DNA from: Balanoglossus misakiensis
Taxonomy: Eukaryota; Animalia; Hemichordata
NCBI GenBank assembly: GCA_040954595.2
Contig: CM082589.2
Coordinates: forward strand, 8,068,232 to 8,132,231
DNA length: 64,000 nucleotides
Direction of reading: 5' to 3'
Below the pieces are notes generated by a model. The model ran no database searches. It was not told the DNA's origin and worked only from the letters and a program-made list of their open reading frames with translations. The translations under genes were made by a program, and so were the position numbers. Positions 13,905 through 27,641 of this stretch are shown piece by piece (position 1 is the first letter of the stretch; every line of letters begins with the position of its first letter).

Positions 13905-14499
13905 TCAATCAGATTGCATACTCCCACCGAGAGATGTGATTTCTGGCTGATGTCCCATCCGCACTCACGATAGGATGTAATTCATAGCGGTTTCCATGGT
14001 CACACGCTACCTAACTATCACACCATGCTTTATCTGTTTTGATATTTCAACATATATGTCGCTTACTACTCACAATGAAACAAAATCGGTGATATCTTGA
14101 AACTATGTAACACAAACGAACATGTAGAAAGCGTTTTTTTTTTACATTTTGAATATTTCATCAAAATACATTACTTCCTCGGCCAAAGCAACACCTGAAT
14201 ATATTTACTTTTTCAGGATCATTCTGACCAAAAGTAATCGCTAGAAGGTAAGACACCTCATCCCATACGACTTATATACGGGTCAAACTTGCAATTCCAA
14301 AAAAGCCGTCCGTCACAATAGTATTTCCAGCCGCAAATTATTACTTTACCGCCAGTAGTCCTTTGACTGTGGGGCAATCAAGATTTCAAATTGAGGTTAC
14401 TACCAGGGAACAGGAGGAACTCTCTGGAGGATACCATGACATCATGCAAAAGTCGCTAAAAGATCATAGTAGATTTTAGCACACAGTTTCTCCAGCTTC

Positions 14500-16420
14500 T
14501 CTCTTATGATAGCAGTGGGACGAAAATTGAATAACTGGAGAATTAGATTTAGATAAAAATAGGGCGTTTCCTTTAACAAAGGCATAGGTTGCATCTATTG
14601 TATGTGTTGGTCAATTAATATATTTACCCAGTTTTGCCTTTCTTCCCGCACTTATTATTCCGTCTCTGTCGCCTACCACTGTTTATAGGCGGGATTATAG
14701 GAATTTTCAGCCAGAAGCTTTTAGAGATGATATAATATCTGAGTGTTGTGATACAGTGTTACATTGTCAGGATGTTAATTTGGCTTTCGCCAATTTTGCC
14801 AACAGATGTTTGGAAATTTGCACCAAGTACGCTCCATTAGTGAGCTATCAACAAAGAAAGAGCCTGACGAAACAGAAGGATAAACCATTGATTACGAGAT
14901 CTCTAAAATGGCTATCGGAGCAAAACACAGGCTACTTACGAAAGTTCATAAAAGACATTTCAACTAGGACCTTTATAGTCACCACAAAAATGGCTAGGTT
15001 ATGAATAGGTTAGAGAAATTTACTGGAGTGTCGACATGTGCTGACGAGTTCGTTACGTTTGTTGAGGGTGGCATGTTTAGGTTTGCATTAACATTATCCG
15101 CCAAGCCCCACCTATTATTCACTTTGAAAAGTAGCCTCATTTGCATGTTCACCTTGTCCAGTATATGTGTTCTGTTGCGCAGCCACATATTCCATCATAG
15201 GTATTAGTATCTGACAATAAAACTGATAACAATATTGCATTTGTGTGCAAATCATTCTCTATAAAGTGCCTCCTTACTGAAGTGGGTATCATGAACGGAA
15301 GGTCAGACATATATACAATAGGAGGTGACATATGTCATCACGAACAACAGTGCAGTGTGTGACAGATTTGGACTGAAAGTATCAGAGAATGAACAAAAAC
15401 AACCACTAAATGCACTGGATGCCCAAGATACATGAGAACCCTCTGGAGCTCGCAATATTGTAGCATCAAGCACTTGGAACACAAAACAACTCAGTAGAGC
15501 GATTTCTATTGTCTTTAAAATATTTTTGAACAAGTAGAATGATTCCATCTAAAAAGTGACTTTTACAACAACACCAAATACGTCATGGTTGTATCTGACG
15601 TAAAACAGTATCAATTGACCTGGACACATGACAAAATATGACTTTCGATCGGAATTGTAGATTATTCGTGTAGTTTAACACCTTCAGACATGGATTTTTA
15701 CCCAGGGATGCATCTAAACTGCGATATCCCCCAGACTGTAATGTTTAAAACCAAAAGAGACATAAAATAACCAGACGCTACGTGTGCAGCATGCATACTC
15801 TTGTATCAAGCGCATACAAATATGACGATTCGCAGACTCAGTAAACATTAAATATTTCGCTTTTGTCAGGACAGAATGGCCATGTCGCCTCCATGTTCCT
15901 TTTGGCATAGAGCAATGAATGCCTTTAAGTGACAATTCTTCACTATTGTACTCTCTCATAAAACTTATTTTAACACGATACAAAACATTTATCGTCGTTC
16001 ATAGTACTTCGTCACACCTGTCTGTTGTTGTCTGGAATTTTCGTTTAGGTAGCTCAATATTGATGATTCCAGACTTCTGATGTTGTCTTTGGTTCTTCAT
16101 TCAATAACGTTTGCTTTGGTAATACATTTTGCCTGACAGTGTAGAATAATTACACAAAATCAAGGTTGTCATGGTCTTGCGCAGATGACGACTAGACTAG
16201 AAGATGTTCACATGTTTGACTCTACCTTGCCATACTTGACTGCATTGACCTCAAAACTAAGGCATCTGTTGTATTTTTATTACCAATTAGATTAGCGTCC
16301 TAAAATATCTTTCCAATAAAGCTCTTCTATTTAGATTTTTTTGGAAAAATAAATTATTTTTAGAAAATGTCCTTGAGGGACATATCAATGTTATTTCACG
16401 CTCCGTCGTCAGGTAGGAAA
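14500..16420 (+). mobile_element. Decayed Penelope-like retroelement (reverse transcriptase remnant)
   Basis: Collinear motifs in shifting frames: FNKGI (~14570), PLVSY (14834), VLVSDNKTDNNIAFVCK (15201), MHWMPKIHENP (15410), GARNIVASSTWNTKQLS (15445) and a broken NFSFR-Y-IDD (~16037-16066). The core 15180-15520 is solid; the boundaries are approximate. Confidence 0.7.
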
Positions 16421-18064
16421 AGTGCTCGCAAAGTTCTTATCATAAGTATCATCCTGCAAATGCAATTTAGATTGGATCTTATTCGATAATTTAATGCAGA
16501 AATTGCGAGATAAAAATCATTAAAACATTTATGAAAATAATGCTGGACACCGCTGTGCTGCGTTTATCTTTGATATGATTAATGTCCTCTATCTTTAATG
16601 ATTGTATTTGTGCATCATTTAATTTTTTTAACTCCAAAATTTCCAGAAAACATAATTTCATACTTACAGGCCCAATTTGTAACATTTAAATAGTAGGCAA
16701 AATACGTTGAAGATCCTTCCTCGTAAACATACCCGCATTATTACAGTGACGTCATGCATACATATTTTATATTTAGAATGTTGCAGCTGTGATGCCGTAC
16801 TGTAGTCGTGTCTGGCGATACTTTGATCATATCACTCTCGGTGCTAATGAGTAATTTCTGTTCTGTATCTATAGTTCTCAAACCTTCATACTCAACACGG
16901 TTCTTCATAATTCAATGTAAAATGAGGTATACACACTATTTCTACACAATTTAATAGAGTCATAACCTTTCTGACTATTATGTCCAAAACCTTACATTTC
17001 TGTTTTGTTGTGGATTAACTGTTACCTTCTATAATTAGCGATTCTTTTAAATTTCAGATAAAAATACATTGCCGCTCGTATTTTCCTTTGTAAGGGATCT
17101 ATCATTACATTGTGGGAAGGGGGGGGGGGAGGTGTAAAAACGAAAAAAAAACACACCTTGAACTAAAATAGTTGTGTTTGCTATAGAATAGCGTTACGTG
17201 GACTGCTCCCATTTGAATGAAAGTGGTACATGCATATGAGACATATAGTTTGTCCGTTGTGTTTGATTTTACATTAATCTTTTTTCAATGTAAAGCCCGC
17301 TTCTACCATTTCATATTCATGATTTATATGATTATATTCATATAGATTTAATTCATGGAGAATATTTCTAGAAAGCCAAACAACAAGTGTCAATGCCAGT
17401 GGCCAGAGAGTTTTGAGATTAATGAAAATGACAAATTGTTTTGTGAATACATCATTCTTATTTTCAACAGAGTTGTTTTAAGAATGCGATATCAGCATTT
17501 CTTGGACACTGAAAACCAAAGATCTAACCACTTGGCCAAGTAGTTTCTAACAATATATATTCCCCCAAATGCGTTTATTCCTGTACACCACAATCTTAAC
17601 ACATTTATATTTTACTCCTGTAGAACCCTAAACTATACACTTGTATGAAAGATTATCAGAGATACATAGTAGTAAGTTAATTCAACCAACGCGCTTCTCG
17701 ACAAACCAAGTAAAGCCTTTCTTGGATGTTTCATGTTTCTGACCTGTAGTGGTACACAGTGTATTTAAAGCGGAGTAACCTATAATCAAAATGAAATACT
17801 TCCTTCGCAGAAATCAGAAATTTATATTATGAAGAGAGTTAGTATACTGGAATCTTAAACTAATATGGCGCCTTTAAAAAGCTCTAGCGGCTCTGCCCCC
17901 ACCCCCCGTGTTGTAATTTGCATATCTGCTTATCAAAATCTTATCGCTTGCTATTGCAGTGCTAAACTTTTAAAATAATTGAATGTGCACTATCCATCTT
18001 TAAATCTTATCTGTCTCATATATCACAAATTGTTTCCCTTAATGACTAAACGTCAAAAGCATCA

Positions 18065-18560
18065 TCCCTATGCTTCGATGTCCCGTGGGATTCCATTCTT
18101 GGACCATTTTGTTTGCATTGTACATACGACCTCTTTTAAATCTTACTAGGGCACATTCTAATGCATGGACCCCATGCATTAATGACAACCAACTCTATAC
18201 GCATCAACTTAAATTGATCAGATACACAATGCCGTTAAAACTACGCATGAGTGTAACCCAAACAATGGATGGCGTACAAGGAAATTCAGTTTCAACCACA
18301 GTAAAACAAAAGCATGTTAGTAACAAAACCCCAATTGCAGGATAAATCTCCTCGTCCGGAAGTTATTAAATACGCCGCATCTGCAAAATATCTATTAGAT
18401 AGCTATTCACCTACATGTACATCGGAATATGTTTATAATGTATGCGAAGCTGTATTCAACTTAGCGAGAAGTACTTCTATTCATCACCATTGCCTTGCCC
18501 ACAACGAACACTAACAATTGAATAAAATAATACTAACACATTGAAACTTGCAGCGTAACG
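18065..18560 (+). mobile_element. Decayed LINE (L2/CR1-type) reverse transcriptase fragment
   Basis: DVPWDSILGP (cf. GVPQGSILGP) frameshifts into LFALYIRPL...NDNQLY (cf. YADDTQLY), followed by WM...N.SKT..MLV and SAKYL. Confidence 0.7.
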
Positions 18561-21500
18561 TCTTATAAGGAATATGTGAATATCGTAAACGACTAGAACT
18601 ACATGTACGCACTTGTGAAATGTATCGTTCCGATCTTACTAACCACAAGGAAATTATTTATAACAAAAATAAGCACATTCTGTCTTGTAGACGACCATGT
18701 TTTAAACTCAACTGACAAGTTACAGTGCGAGGGGGAGTCCGACATTCATGAAACAGTAAATTCGTTTGTAATCCGATCTCTTTAGTTCTTAGCCACGCGG
18801 CCCGTATCATTAGAAGAAGACGCGTCTCTGTGTTGCCATGAAGGCTGTCTTATATGAAGTGAAAACAGGAAACGCTGTCGTGTGTTAGGACTAGGGGAGT
18901 CAATTTATCATATCGGTATGTATAAACCTACCTACCATACGACGGAATGGAATCGAACCTGGCTGGCAGCCTTAAGTTCCTATAATAGTTTGTTTTTCAA
19001 ACTAGGCCTCAAATCTGTGGACGCCCATAAAGGCACATTTTTGGAAGAAAAAATCTCCTCCGCACGAGAAAAAGTCCATATGCTTAAATTTGCAGTGTAG
19101 CTAAATGTTTCTTTCCTATGCGTACTTACGTAGCTAGACTATTTCACCCTCTACATACACCAATTTCAACCACGGGTCTCTTTACGACAGCTGCTTGATG
19201 AATAACGAAGAAATACCATGGTGAATTCGGCAGGCACTTGTGGAAGTATCATCTGGGTATCTCAATCTGATTACTGCCTTGGCTGTTCTCGGGCGTACGG
19301 GCCAGTCCAGTAGTGTGGGCGTCCCTTTCCGAACAGAACAGCTGTTCACTGAGTAAAGGTAAAGCCGGCGCCCAACACTACATCTGATTTTATTCAGAGT
19401 GCGGTGTATCTGTACTACGAACATAACACAGAACCTTCCAGCCTCTTACAGAGAAGTGGTTTTATGCTGGTATGAAATTAATGGAAGTCAAACGCCTTAA
19501 TTCCAACTGTATTGCCAATCAAGTATTCTGGCGAATCGGTTCATAACACGGAACAATAGACCTACATTCTTTAAAGCGTTGATTGGTTTAAGAATTGTAC
19601 GCGTTACAGATACAAGTATATTGAAAAAAACGACCAACTTTCAAAAGAATATGAAATAAACCGTAAACTGAAGAGTAAACGAAATGGGATTATACAGTAT
19701 AACATCATCAAACGCTCCTTGTCAAAAGAGTGGGTAAAAGTCATGTCCCAAGCCAATTATATATACTATTTCAATAAATAAAACAAAACCAGCAATACTA
19801 AAGTATGCATCGTGATATTATTAATTGAAAACAAACAGATTCGTTCAACTTTAAGTGTAAATATTTAATGGTCATTCGTAGGGAAGATTCAGTTTCGCCC
19901 AGGACAACTGAAGAAAGAAAACAAAACAATTATACGGCTAATCCTTTCTCCAGCTGCCTTTATTTTATATTCCCGACGGTCGGAGCAGAAGGTACTCGCT
20001 GGTGGTGATAGGTAAGTCCATTAGATCAACTCAGATACAGGCATTTCAATTATTGATATATCTATAGAGAGTTCAACGATGGAAATATTCCATAGACTGT
20101 TACTGATTTTGAGTCAGCACCCAGCAAATTATTTCAAAACTTCATTATCAATTGGATCAGCAAGGTGTCTCTAAGGGTTGGCACTTCATATCCATTTGAG
20201 TATTATAACAGCCACCCGACAATTGTTGATGACTAGTGTTATCTCTCAAGTTCCTAGAAAGAAACATTCAGGATGTTTATATGTCGTAAACGATGCATGA
20301 CGTGAACCACGGCCCTTCAAGTTGCTGACCCTATCCCACATTTCCATTTTCATTCGCATGAAATTGATTGCCACACATGTAATTCAAAGTGACGACAGTA
20401 TTTACCTACTGAGGATTGACAGAATTCTGTAAATGTATCCGGCTGACATTGTTTTATACATATAATTGTAGAAAATTAAATGAATTTCAGGATTGAATAG
20501 TTTTATTTTCTGTAGTCGACAGAGTCATTGGGGCAAAAATGGTACAACGTACCATAATGCATGTGCAAGTACTTAAATTGAATTAAATCCAGCCTTTATG
20601 TGGGTATTGTCAGTTGTTAGCTGTTGCACGTGTTCATTCAGAAACGTTACCATTGTCCATTTCTTTCTTTCCTGACCACAAATCAACGACGTTACTCGTA
20701 CAATCACTACAATGCATGTGTCAAGATCATAGATTCAGAGATAGCGCAGTGCACATCGAGCATTACAGAACGGTATCTGATTTGTGGGATTTCTTGGATT
20801 GTTAATTTGATCAATCACTGGCGACAAATGATTATTATACGTAACGAAAATACTTAACAAAGAGATAACCATTTTAATATTTACATTTGCGGCCATGATG
20901 TTGACAAGATATTTTACGGAAGTGCAGAAATTGCACAAATGTGTCTCCATTGTTAAAGTTGAGAATACATGATTGATTGATTGCATTTATTCGCGTATGT
21001 TATTATATCCGTGTAAATGGATTACTAGTAATACAGTTATCCCTGAGAAAGGTTATTGTACAAATTATGGGGTCATGCAGACACCATTATACAGATGGAA
21101 TATTGGAGTAAATTATTACGTGTGAACGGTTTAAGTGGTCCTGAAACGTCTCAGATTTGAGACGGTTTGCCGGCCAGACCAGAGCTGGTGTAAGGATTAA
21201 CACCTTTCCGCAATCCATTGTCTATGGGACTGAGCCTCAGCGCCTATACATAAACTTTGTGTGTGTAGACACAAGGCGACTCAAAGGATTAATGCTCTGT
21301 GTTTACCATAGGCAAATACTATCTCAAATTTTACGCTGTGTGAACATGGTAAATGTGACTGTTTAGAAACACCGTAATTGCCATAACACACGACCGCATC
21401 GACTAACTGTTTATGACAATTACGTATCGCTGTTATAATGCAATGGTTGCTGTAAGCTGTCCGATGGATTTGCCCAAGGGATAAACCAACCTTCAATTAG

Positions 21501-21658
21501 TCAAAGTACGACTGCGCAACCGGAAAGAATAAGACTCCTATAACCATGACTCTGTTAACTCAAATTCTGTTAACGTCCATTTGGGAAGGTAAATGAAGGT
21601 AGATGTGATTACTGGAGAATGTGTGTATAAGAACAGCGTGTACTTGTATGCTATTTAA

Positions 21659-21918
21659 TGTCGTGCGCGCCACGGACTGGCTTTTTAGAAAAATATGATT
21701 CTCCAAACCAGAAGAAAACAAGAAGAAAATTTGGTGTTCAACGTCTTGTTTTCACGAAAATCGCTACTTTAAATTTTCTCCATAGACTTAGCAGATAGAT
21801 TGGTGGCCATTTTGAATTTCGAATTTGAGACATATTTTGAGGCATTTCTGCTCAGCCCTGCCTTGAGCAAAAATATGAGAGATGATTTAAAACTTCGATT
21901 TTCGAGGCACGTTCTACC
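21659..21918 (-). mobile_element. MITE family B copy 1 (TTAA-flanked, GG...CC termini)
   Basis: The reverse complement of 21715-21830 matches 49020-49140. The element ends CGAGGCACGTTCTACC|TTAA. Confidence 0.7.
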
Positions 21919-24304
21919 TTAAAAACAAGTAAAAACCAATTCATCCAATACATTGCACACTGACCCGTGCATGATCGTTGAAATTCATTTTGCAATACAT
22001 AGATGTGACCCTATCAGCGAACAGGCGAATTTTGTCATCTCACCTGAAATGTAATAAGTCATTTCTGTGTCATGATTGTGACGCGTTGTCCCATTTCGGG
22101 CACAATTTGCTGAATAAAATTATGGCCTGTATCTCATGATCGCAAAATGCAATTGACCGTTTTAGGAGACATCTCGCAGCTACATTGAATTAGACACATA
22201 CCCTTTTCAAAACACACGGTCAAGAAATTGTTCACTATATGTCCGATCGCTGAGAAGGTAGGACTCCATGATGTTGAAAAACGCAATTAAAGAAGTGACC
22301 ACACCTTGGAGAAAATTGGATAATGTTACAATATGATTATATTATATATCAGGTGATATGTTCCATACGATACCACGATAATTAAAGTCACCAACCATAA
22401 TTAAAACGTCGTTGGGGCGCATATTCGAAACAACTAATCTAGTGCGTAATCAATTTCATCAACAATAGAAATGTTAGCCTGTCATCAGGTGGATAGTAAA
22501 CTGTGGGTAAAAATAACTTACAATTGGACATTGAAGAAAAAACTGAAACGGTAATTCAGTATCATAACTTGTTCTCTAAAATTTGACAAAATACACTGAA
22601 AAATACACTGATGACAAAAGGGACGATTTCATTGCAGAAATCCTAGCTTTCACTGAAACGTAAATTTTGGGGTTTTGTTCATTCAAATTGCACTGAATCA
22701 TCCACAGTAAATAAAATGCAATGGAGCCAAGAAAAACAAATGGAATAATCTTTTGATTATTTTAGCTTGAAAATTAAGAAGAAACAACAGAAAATGTGGG
22801 CTCAGGGACATTCCTTTATATATATCTATATTGAAATAAGACCAAAAAAGAGTTACATACTAAGCTGTATGACAAAAGGGATGATTTCAACTTTCACAAC
22901 TTCTAAGATACTGTATAGCTTAATTGTCACTCATATGGGGACTTTAGAGTAAGACACAGCTTATTAACATCCAAGCTGGTGAAACAAGGATTCTGCAAAA
23001 GCAGAAATGGTAGGTCATTTAAAAAGTTCCATGGTAGATATAGTGATGTTGTTACTCAAATTATGAGTGACATCATTCCCGGATTTGACTTGCAACAGTA
23101 ATTTGGTGGTTTGATCAAATCACACTTGAACGTGAGGATTTGGGTGAATCTGAACATGCATAATTGCCACGCATTCAATAGACCGAGTCCAGCTCATATC
23201 CCAACTCTCAATACTCAATTTCTCCTTGACAGTCGTGATCTTGGAATCACATTAGACTTATAGACTCACCTTCACCTGTAAAGTGAAAATTATTTTTTAT
23301 CCTGTAGGGTCAAAATATTCCATACTGCCCCGAGATTTCCGTATTTTTAAAATTAATTATTCACTAAAAGTAGAATGTACCTACTATAAATTTTATGTAC
23401 ATGTACTATAAATTGTAAAAGACTACGGATAACTAAATAGCTGCTAAATATTTACCTATGTATCTATAAATTACAGAATGCTTATGTGGAAAGCTAAAAT
23501 TCAATGAATCGATAAAATACCACAGTTATAGCAATATCGAAAACTGAAAAACAGTCTCATGGGGGATGTAAAATTCGACAATTCTTCGATGGTCGAGCAA
23601 TGTTGTTTGATATTCTCTAAATAGCTACTCATCGCAAATGTAAATGCCATTATTTGTACGGCTCTGTGTAACTCAAAGATAAACAGGAAAAACTTGTTGC
23701 AGTCAACGTAGCGCATAATGAGTTGAGAGCTAAGTGCAAAACACAGTACCGTCCGGGTTTCGATCCATTATGTAAGATGTCAAACGCAAATAATTAAAAC
23801 AGGCTCGCTCGTGGCCATGCGATATTTTGTCGTTTTTTCGCCATTTCTTGACCGTGTAAACACAGATTGTGTACATTGAATGTTTAGCGATAGTCTCAGC
23901 AAAATTCACATAGCTGAGTTTAGACACTAGGCGTGAAGCAAAACTTCACATGCGTAAATCTCATCGCTAAAGAGAAGAAAATTCTAAGATCCAGCTTCAG
24001 TTTGCACTAAAGACTGCACTTGATTTCCTGGCAAATGCCTCGGCGAGCAGTTACTCACCATTGTGAAAAGTTTGCCTCATTCCTTAGTATATGCGTAGAT
24101 TGTGACTATGGCAAATTTGATTCTTCTCGCCCACTTCAATCCAATTCAATGTGTGTTTAATACCTCAGCTCGTTGCTGAACCGACTGTTTGCAATTGACA
24201 ACGAATGCAGCCTTACCTGATCGATGTTTCAATCAGCCGATTCTGTGCCGTATTTTGTCGTCGGACTCCGTCTGCCAGTAACCACCCTCTACTTCTCAAC
24301 AGCA

Positions 24305-24305
24305 G

Positions 24306-24342
<37 letters not shown>
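24305..24342. repeat. (GTT)n trinucleotide microsatellite
   Basis: Direct reading, about 12 units. Confidence 0.95.
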
Positions 24343-24379
24343 AGCAACGGAAAAATACGCTAAATCTACGAGCAGAATG

Positions 24380-24750
24380 CCGCAAATGGATTGGCAATGT
24401 CTGCTCAGTGTGTTCTGGTTAGTATTTGTGGAATTGACTCAAAACGTCCAAAACACGAGAAAATGAGTAACTCAAGAATGCACGCACTGGCTAGTTCTTG
24501 CTGGACAGTGATCGAGTGAGTTTTCCGATAACATGTATTCCACTTGATCGTCCCATTTAATGACGGAAAGGTATCACGTGGGCGTGATCAGCTGACATAA
24601 AAACCGTGACGTACGTGTAGTACGTATCTTCTCTGAGGAAATTCACACTTTAAACATTTGTGAAGTAGTTGTAATCGACATGTGGATTGCCTTAGTGTCA
24701 TTCTAAACACCTAAGAGAACAATAGATGTTGATTTCCAGTGACGTCATGA
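24380..24750. promoter_or_regulatory. Candidate promoter/enhancer motif cluster
   Basis: ATTGG (24390), AP-1 TGACTCA (24435), E-box CACGTG (24575), CRE half-site TGACGT (24606) and full CRE TGACGTCA (24740). It lies next to a strong minus-strand donor at 24217. Motif evidence only. Confidence 0.25.
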
Positions 24751-26358
24751 ACCTGTGTTGATCACAAAGACTATAAGTATTGGTATATGTAAGCATTTGA
24801 CAAGCTCCCCTAGTACAAAATGATATGTCTAATTTCAATCAAATGGTTGTTCCACCCATGACCATGTACATATATTGGGTAAAGATGCGTTGAATCTATA
24901 ATCGAACCTTCACCAGGACCACTACTATGTGTGATTAACGTTGTCTGATTTCATACTTTAAGAGCTTATCAAGGTGAAGTGAAGTAGCTTTTTAGAACTT
25001 TTATCCCCTGAAGCGACTTCCAATGTCTTGTTCTTCCTAACACTATATATTGCATTAAAATAAACCTGGCTATTGTACATAGGAACTGCATACAGAAAAT
25101 GGTTGTTAGTACTGTATGCAAACGTTGCTGGTACTCATAGAAATAATAAATATGATATTAAATTATATGCCACGAAATATGCTTCGATAAAGTGAGTTGG
25201 TTGAATGTGTAGTAGACGGAAAGGTAGATCTGGGTGGTTTTACTAAACTTTTACTGAAGCGTAACCTTGGAAACCTTATTCATTATTTAGCTTCGCCAGT
25301 GCAAAATAAAATACTTATTGAATTATAATGACCTACTTCTTCTACACATAGCCACCACTATAATTAAATTGACTAGCTATTCGGTCGGATCTTGAATTGG
25401 TATTTCGACTACAAAGCCAACATTTGGGGTATACTTGACATGGCGCCCAAAAGCGAGATTCGAAGGCGTCAGAAGTCTCTTTTCGGCCACAACGCTTCCA
25501 ACGAAGTTAATATTAAGCCATTAAGTCATATTAACAAATGGTCGAGAACATTTCTGTTGGAATAAAGGATGTATTTGCCGATGCGTATGAACTCTATGTC
25601 AACACGCATGGATTGTCAGACTTTAGATGAATGGACTGACCCAACAAGTATTGCCTAGAAACCAAGTTACTGTGTGTCAGTCAAGCATTCAGACCAGCCA
25701 CGTCTGATGAATCGCGATCGTTGTATTTGCCTATGGAACACAAAGCGCCCCCTACAGTCAGAACCGCTGGTGAATGCGCGCGTAAACAATAAATTACTCT
25801 ATGTCACCATTGAGGGCTACTTTCGAGGGAAGGTTATGCATCGACTTGCGAAAAACGTTGCCTTCTGTGAGAGTTATAGGTGAATGTGTCACCATGCAAT
25901 TATAAGTGTATCGCATTCGTGTCCTTGTCAGTTGGGAACTATTCTGCTACAAAGTGCTTCACGCTTCTTAAGCACTGGTTCGAAATTGGTCAAGAAGAAA
26001 TAGTAGTATTTTAAACTTTTCAGAGCGTCTCAACGCTTCTACCACACTGAGCTATTGTACTCACACTTAACACGTCTTACGTTTCGTTTAGAGGGAGGGG
26101 AGGCGAGGAAAGGGAAGGAAATTCGTCGTTTGCGAATATGCATCGCTTGAATTGCACACCCAAACACTATTCAGTGATTAACAATACGTGTACACACATT
26201 CATAAATAGGTACATCTACATGTACAACTTAAGTTTAAAAGCAAAATCACTTCTTTTTGGTTAAGCATACGATGACAAACTTACATTCACCTACAAAGCT
26301 GGTTGTAACGATTGACTAATTTTCTACCACTTATAAATGTCAAAAGTTTCTTTTACAG

Positions 26359-27460
26359 ATTATGGTTTCATGGCACCAGTGTTTTACGCAATGGTTGGCG
26401 TACCACTTAACTTACTGTTTCTGTCCCCTGCTGGTGACGTCATTGCTATGTGTCGTTCGGTATGTATCACGTGCGTAGTCCAGAAAAACAACACTCGATG
26501 TGCAATTGCTGTATCGACAAACGCCCTCAAACGCCAACTCTCAGGATTATGAACAGTGAGACCGGTAGTAAACAACCTATAGTTCTGGCATCTCTGCATC
26601 AACTGCAGCGGACAGTGTTATAACGGAAGACCAAGAAAATAATTTACATGACAATGGCATCATATAGAGAAAGCATCCACATTTGTCAATATGTGATCGC
26701 CAAGAACGTCTCAAAGTATAATCACTTCTGTATGGAGAATGTGCAAATCAGCTAAGCAAAAGAGTCAGAAACTTTTCATCGAAGGAGAAAAGGGAAATAC
26801 TTAACGTTGACAGTCTGTGCACAACGACCAATGCAGTTTTGGTGGGAAATTCACATGAAATATGTGTGATGAAAGTGCTGATGAGGATGCCAATACACGT
26901 TTTAATGTATCAAATGAAGCAACACAAGTTAATCTTTCACTGAAAAATGAAAGCATGTTCAGAAATACTGAATATAGCTGTGTGAAAATATAGATTACCG
27001 ATCATCCAATGAACTGGAGGTACGGTATGAAACGTCACCCAAAATACCTTCATGCGAAATGCGCATTGAAGGTAGACAGAAGGCATGTTGCAACGCAGAC
27101 ACTGTGTAGCTGTATAAATACATTCAGTGTGTACCCCATATGCTTCTACCTGATGTTCCCTTGTCTGTTGTTTTGCTCATTGTCATCATGTATTTATTCA
27201 GTGGAGCCAAAGTCTTTCAAGAGTGTGAGTGCTATTGGTCTACTTAGATTCTCTTGCTTCCTGTGTGATTGCATTAACCACAGTAGGTTTTGGCGACATG
27301 GGACCTAGCCAAACACTCATAACTGATGAAGTCAATTGCTATCTGATAATGGCATAGATTATGCTTAGACTAGTCATTCTATCAGTGTGTTTTAAATCTT
27401 CGCAAACAAAAATAATTGAAGGATTCAAGTCAATAAAACACTGCCTTTTATGTACATTTG
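26359..27460 (+). pseudogene. Two-pore-domain potassium channel (K2P/KCNK, TWK-like) pseudogene: P1 end, M2, long loop, M3, P2, M4
   Basis: Acceptor tttacag, then (D)YGFMAP-[deletion]-VFYAMVGVPLNLLFLSPAGDVIA. From 27149: PDVPLSVVLLIVIMYLFSGAKVFQECECYW. After a frameshift at ~27240: YLDSLASCVIALTTVGFGDMGP. An in-frame TAG at 27355 precedes IMLRLVILSVCFKSSQ. Confidence 0.85.
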
Positions 27461-27572
27461 TCAAAATAACGTACAGTTGTAGATATATACAGTTGCTTTC
27501 AACTCATATTTTATCAGATATTGTCTACAATATACATACTGTTCTTCGCTCTCCTCACGGATGGATGTGACA

Positions 27573-27641
27573 GATATAAACGGTGTTTTGTATGAAACAT
27601 AATTAATTGAAAAAGGGGCAGCGAGAGAGAGAGAGACTTTG
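27573..27641. mobile_element. MITE family A fragment (right arm only)
   Basis: ATAAACGGTGTTTTGTATGAAACATAATTAATTGAAAAAGGGGCAGCGAGAGAGAGAGAGACTTTGT matches the right arm of the full copies. Confidence 0.8.

Noticed and set aside
24224-24466. Poly-Val ORF
   Set aside because: It is produced by the (GTT)n repeat and has no domain features.
25400-25885. Possible first exon (M1/cap/P1) of the K2P relic, ending at atag|gtgaat
   Set aside because: No convincing M1 or TTIG motif is readable; a frameshift-aware search is needed.
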